A stretch of 64,000 nucleotides of DNA from NCBI GenBank assembly GCA_964464625.1, contig CAYXKD010000001.1, positions 5,594 through 69,593 of the forward strand, read 5' to 3'. This DNA comes from an uncultured Syntrophomonadaceae bacterium (GTDB lineage Bacteria > Bacillota > Dethiobacteria > DTU022). The position numbers and the translations under genes were made by a program. Positions 60,140 to 64,000 of this stretch are shown here, one piece after another. The notes beneath the pieces are model-generated. The model saw nothing but the letters and a program-made list of their open reading frames with translations, searched no databases and was not told where the DNA came from. Position 1 is the first letter of the stretch; every line of letters starts with the position of its first letter.

Positions 60140-60559
60140 ATGACCGGATTGATCCGTTTCGGAGTCTCCATGGACCGGGAGTTGCTTGAATCCTTTGATC
60201 GGGAAATTGTATTGAAAGGTTATGCCAATCGCTCAGAGGCAATCAGGGACCTGATCCGCAATGAGCTTGTTGGAACAGAATGGTCCGACGATGATGCCGA
60301 AGTGGCGGGAACAATCACCCTGGTCTATGATCACCATGTCCGGGGGCTGAATGATCTACTGCTGGAACTACAACACCGTTACGTTGATCTCATCGTTTCA
60401 ACTATGCACGTTCACCTGGCACACGACCGCTGCCTGGAGGTGCTCTTAATTAAAGGGCAGGCAGGTGAGGCGAAGGATATAGCCAACCAGCTTCTCTCGA
60501 TCAAAGGGGTGATCCACGGCAGGCTAACTGCCACCTCAACAGGTGAGAAATTAAAATGA
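60140..60559 (+). CDS. nikR: Nickel-responsive regulator NikR
   Basis: N-terminal ribbon-helix-helix (RFGVSMDRELLESFDREI) and a C-terminal nickel-binding domain with H..HVH..C ligands. RBS GGAGGGAG. Confidence 0.8.
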   Translation: MTGLIRFGVSMDRELLESFDREIVLKGYANRSEAIRDLIRNELVGTEWSDDDAEVAGTITLVYDHHVRGLNDLLLELQHRYVDLIVSTMHVHLAHDRCLEVLLIKGQAGEAKDIANQLLSIKGVIHGRLTATSTGEKLK

Positions 60560-61435
60560 TCCCAGGAGAATTCTTGGAAGATCGCGGTAATCATGGAGCA
60601 GGGTAAGCTTGTTAAAGATAGAAAGCTGCCGGCATAACGAGAGGATGGCGGCTCCTTGGGCTGATCCAATCTCCAAAGCCATCAACCCCGGCCCACGAAT
60701 AAAGGAGGGCAGGGCACCCAGAATGCTGCGATAAGCATTTAGGCCATCCTGACCTCCCTCCAGAGCCAGTCGTGGTTCATAATCCCGGATGGTGGGAGGT
60801 AAATTGCCCATCTCCGCAGAGGTCAGGTAAGGCGGATTGGCTACAATAAGGTTGAACCGGGGCGGCAGTTCCATCCTGGAAAAAACGTCAAAATAATCAC
60901 TCTGACAAAAACGGATTTGCCCACTTACGCCGTGACGTACCGCGTTAGCTGCTGCCAGCTGGAGCGCCTTTTTTGAAAGGTCAACTGCGTAAAACGTAGA
61001 GTGAGGCAGATGATAGGTCAGCGCTATCGCCAGGTTGCCGCTGCCACTCCCCAGATCGACACCGCAAATATTTCCTGCCCGATTCCGGGCCCACTCCAGG
61101 ACGGCATCGACAAGCAGTTCCGTTTCCGGACGGGGAATGAGCACATCCCGGTTAACGATAAATTCCAGACCGTAAAATTCCCTGTTCCCCGTTATATAAG
61201 CAGCCGGCTCACCCCGGGATCGCCGTTCAACAGCTTTCTCGAAAACTGCCGCGGAATGGTTTTCCAAAATAGAAGAGCGTTCCAAAAATAATTCCAGCCG
61301 ACTCCACCCCATCAGCTCCGCCAGCAAAATCTCTGCTTCATCGCGCGGCTGCTCTATCCCCGCCCCGGTAAAACAGTAAGAGGCCCTTCGCAGAGCCCCT
61401 TCGATTGTTTTTTGTTTGTTTTCCAGTTCTTTCAA
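60551..61435 (-). CDS. prmC: Release-factor glutamine N5-methyltransferase
   Basis: SAM motif (DLGSGSG) and NPPY catalytic motif (IVANPPYL). Confidence 0.9.
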   Translation of the reverse strand: MKELENKQKTIEGALRRASYCFTGAGIEQPRDEAEILLAELMGWSRLELFLERSSILENHSAAVFEKAVERRSRGEPAAYITGNREFYGLEFIVNRDVLIPRPETELLVDAVLEWARNRAGNICGVDLGSGSGNLAIALTYHLPHSTFYAVDLSKKALQLAAANAVRHGVSGQIRFCQSDYFDVFSRMELPPRFNLIVANPPYLTSAEMGNLPPTIRDYEPRLALEGGQDGLNAYRSILGALPSFIRGPGLMALEIGSAQGAAILSLCRQLSIFNKLTLLHDYRDLPRILLGSF

Positions 61436-62502
61436 TCTCCTACATCCTGAAGCTGCTTTGCTTTCGCCGTAGCAACGAGATTATCAATAATTTCTTCAAG
61501 GTCCCCCTCGAGTACCAGGTCAAGACAGTGCAAAGTAAGCCCGATGCGATGATCAGTAACACGGTTCTGGGGATAATTGTAGGTCCGGATACGTTCGCTG
61601 CGGTCACCGCTGCCGATCTGCGATCTCCGCTCCTCAGCCAGTTCAGCTTCCTGTTCAGTTACATATTTATCCATCAGTCTGCTGCGCAGGACGCGAAGTG
61701 CTTTCGCCCTGTTTTTTATTTGCGATTTTTCATCCTGACAGGTCACCACCAGACCCGTAGGCAGATGGGTCACCCGGACCGCGGACTGGGTTGTGTTCAC
61801 ACTCTGACCGCCAGGACCGGTAGAACAGAAAGTATCAATGCGCAGCTCCTGGGGGTTGATCGCTATCTCCACATCTTCAGCTTCGGGCAGTACGGCTACC
61901 GTGGCGGCCGAAGTATGGATCCTTCCCCCTGACTCGGTAGCGGGAATGCGCTGCACCCTGTGAACACCGCTTTCATACTTCATCTGGCTGTAAACCCCCC
62001 GGCCCTCTATACCGGCGACAACCTCTTTAAAACCGCCGATATCGGTAGCATGAGCGTCAACGATCTCCACCTTCCAGCCCTTTCTTTCAGCATAGCGGCT
62101 GTACATCCTTAACAGGTCAGCAGCAAAAAGAGCTGCTTCTTCTCCACCGGTGCCCGCCCGGATCTCCAGGAATACACTTTTCTCGTCGCGAGGATCGCGC
62201 TGCAACAGCAGCTCTTTCAATTTTCCGGTGGTCGTTTCAATAAGATCTTTAATTGTTTGAATTTCCTCCTGCAAAAAATCGGAGATCTCGCCTCTGGCGT
62301 CATCCTGCAAAAGTTCCTGGGCCTCAACCAGCTCCCTGTTCAGACTGCAGTAATGGCGGTAAAGTTCAACGCCGGGAGCCAGATCCGCCAGTTCCCGGGA
62401 ATATTGCTGCCATAAATCCATCCGGGCCAGCATTTCCGGATCGCTAAGCAGTAGCTCCAGCTCGCTGTATCGATCTTCAATTAATTTCATTTTTTCAAAC
62501 AC
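61432..62502 (-). CDS. prfA: Peptide chain release factor 1
   Basis: GGQ ([10 protein letters not shown]), PxT and RF-1 domain. 356 aa. Confidence 0.95.
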   Translation of the reverse strand: MFEKMKLIEDRYSELELLLSDPEMLARMDLWQQYSRELADLAPGVELYRHYCSLNRELVEAQELLQDDARGEISDFLQEEIQTIKDLIETTTGKLKELLLQRDPRDEKSVFLEIRAGTGGEEAALFAADLLRMYSRYAERKGWKVEIVDAHATDIGGFKEVVAGIEGRGVYSQMKYESGVHRVQRIPATESGGRIHTSAATVAVLPEAEDVEIAINPQELRIDTFCSTGPGGQSVNTTQSAVRVTHLPTGLVVTCQDEKSQIKNRAKALRVLRSRLMDKYVTEQEAELAEERRSQIGSGDRSERIRTYNYPQNRVTDHRIGLTLHCLDLVLEGDLEEIIDNLVATAKAKQLQDVGD

Positions 62503-63409
62503 TATTTATCACCACAGATTTTGAACTGCTACCCGGCCCGCTTTCCAACAAATCCGGCTCCAGCACTGCTTTCAGCGCACAGAGAGCCACTTCAACCTGG
62601 CCGTTATCGGGCTCACTGGTAGTCAAATTCTGCAACCATAGACCGGGCAGCGCAAACAACCGGAACAGCGGTGAGTTGCTGTTCGCCGTCAGGCGAATCA
62701 CCTCATAGGATATTCCTGCCACAAGAGGCAGCATAAGCAGGCGAATTATGATGCGCTGCCACAAAGATACCCAGCCGAAAAAGGAGAATATCAGAATGCT
62801 GAGTACCATCACAATAAGCAGAAAACTTGTTCCACAGCGGGGGTGGTGCGTGCTGTATTGCTGCGCCTCACCAACATCCAGAGGGGCCCCGGCCTCGTAG
62901 CAAAATACAACCTTATGCTCTGCACCGTGATAAGCAAAGAAGCGCTTCATCTCACCCCAGCGTGTAACCAGGTAAAGGTAAACCAGGAAGATAGCCAGGC
63001 GAAGCAGCCCCTCCGCCAGGTTTAAAATCACCGGATGCAGATGATGCGGTAAAAACCCAGCCAACCAGGTGGGCAGGATAAAAAAAAGCCCCACTCCCAA
63101 AACCAGACCGAGCAGGACAACCAGAAATGTCTGCCAGCCCTGCATCTCCTCCCCCTCTTCTTCAAGGACTTCCGCTGCTGACAAATTGAGAGCGCGCACA
63201 CCGAGGATTAGAGACTCAAAAAAAGAGACCGTGCCCCTCAGTATGGGCCAGCCCAGAGGAGGGTAACGCCGGGCCAGGGGATCCATTTTTTCCGAGATGA
63301 GGCTGATGCTGTTATCACCACGCCGACAGGCAATAGCCATCCGGTCGCGATAACGCATCATCACCCCTTCAAGTACCGCCTGCCCGCCAACCCATTTCTG
63401 CCTTTTCAT
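62495..63409 (-). CDS. DUF1385 domain membrane protein
   Basis: Conserved [15 protein letters not shown] motifs of the DUF1385 family, commonly encoded beside prfA in Firmicutes. Confidence 0.7.
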   Translation of the reverse strand: MKRQKWVGGQAVLEGVMMRYRDRMAIACRRGDNSISLISEKMDPLARRYPPLGWPILRGTVSFFESLILGVRALNLSAAEVLEEEGEEMQGWQTFLVVLLGLVLGVGLFFILPTWLAGFLPHHLHPVILNLAEGLLRLAIFLVYLYLVTRWGEMKRFFAYHGAEHKVVFCYEAGAPLDVGEAQQYSTHHPRCGTSFLLIVMVLSILIFSFFGWVSLWQRIIIRLLMLPLVAGISYEVIRLTANSNSPLFRLFALPGLWLQNLTTSEPDNGQVEVALCALKAVLEPDLLESGPGSSSKSVVINSV

Positions 63410-63451
63410 CGGATTGCTCCTCCCCAGTTCACAGGGATGTATTTTTGCAAT

Positions 63452-63652
63452 TTATTTTATGCCATACTTCCGCTTGAACCGCTCCACCCTGCCGCCTGTA
63501 TCAACAAACTTCTGCTTTCCAGTAAAGAAAGGATGGCATTTTGAGCAAATCTCCACTTTGAGGTTCTCTTTTGTGGAGCCGGTTTCAAAAGATTCCCCAC
63601 AGGCGCATGTGACCACGGTACGATAGTAGCGGGGATGAATATTTTCTTTCAT
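63452..63652 (-). CDS. rpmE: 50S ribosomal protein L31, zinc-binding C+ form
   Basis: [10 protein letters not shown]... with two CxxC pairs. Start trimmed to MKENIHP (GGGAGG upstream). Confidence 0.9.
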   Translation of the reverse strand: MKENIHPRYYRTVVTCACGESFETGSTKENLKVEICSKCHPFFTGKQKFVDTGGRVERFKRKYGIK

Positions 63653-64000
63653 TACAGCACAACCTCCCTCTTCTCTTTCGGGATAAATTTTAGCACAACC
63701 TGACCCTTTACGCAATACGCCTGAAATGACGAGCCCGGGGTAGAGAGAGGGCAAACATTTTTATGACCGTATAACCAAGACAATCACCGCTTGATAGAAA
63801 AGCAATGGGAAATGAAAACTGATCCGATCCTGTTAATATAGAGCCCGGGAGCAGTCGGATGGGAATTCATCTCACTCCATGGACAAGCAGTCCCTTGCTT
63901 GTAAAACCTACGCCGGACAAGTTTTCACATTAAAGCACAGATAATTCGATCACGGCACCGCTCCCGGGCATCTTCAACACAGGTTTATGGCAGATAGTTA

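Noticed and set aside
63755-64000. Partial rho gene expected upstream of rpmE
   Set aside because: All three minus-strand frames hit stops within 25 codons of the window end. There is no recognisable Rho C-terminus. The region is treated as an intergenic/promoter region of unknown content.

Overview
This is a 64 kb chromosomal segment with about 55% GC. 56 of the 58 protein genes are on the minus strand. Gene content (spoIID, spoIIID, spoIIR, sigG, whiA, a CooC nickel-insertion ATPase, NikR, a COG1900 homocysteine-synthesis cluster) points to an anaerobic, endospore-forming Firmicute of the Clostridia type.

Gene order, low to high coordinate:
- rnr (partial), HD hydrolase, secG
- eno, gpmI, tpiA, pgk (glycolytic operon without gap)
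- rpoN, whiA, rapZ, Cof hydrolase
- uvrC, uvrA, uvrB
- UPF0016 transporter, PDZ membrane protein, ctpA, M23 peptidase, ftsX, ftsE, YitT
- prfB (with a programmed +1 frameshift), secA, an unidentified 385-aa protein, hpf, comFC, recD2
- metK, preceded by a clear SAM-I riboswitch
- a four-gene operon: PRTase, cooC, coxE-like VWA, coxD-like MoxR ATPase
- a 55-aa Spo0E-like small ORF, tRNA-Thr(CGU)
- UPF0280, NIL-ferredoxin, DUF39/COG1900 (putative sulfide-dependent homocysteine synthesis)
- a cupin-type PGI-like protein, gap, DUF606 transporter (+), PHP hydrolase
- mbl/mreB, spoIIID, SpoIIQ-like M23 peptidase, spoIID, murA, ywmB
- dCMP deaminase, glyA, rpiB, LMW-PTP, tsaC/sua5, Na/Pi cotransporter
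- spoIIR, sigG, nikR (+), prmC, prfA, DUF1385, rpmE

The segment is syntenic with the B. subtilis ywk/ywl/ywm region. I found no CRISPR array, transposase, integrase or other mobile element.

The most unusual points are:
- the MoxR-VWA-CooC-PRTase operon, with no CODH structural genes in the window
- the bacterial COG1900/NIL-Fd/COG2122 cluster
- an unassignable two-domain protein inserted between hpf and secA
- a 460-bp spacer holding a perfect inverted repeat and a dockerin-like small ORF
- a split glycolytic operon

All calls come from reading the translations and sequence by eye. I ran no database search.
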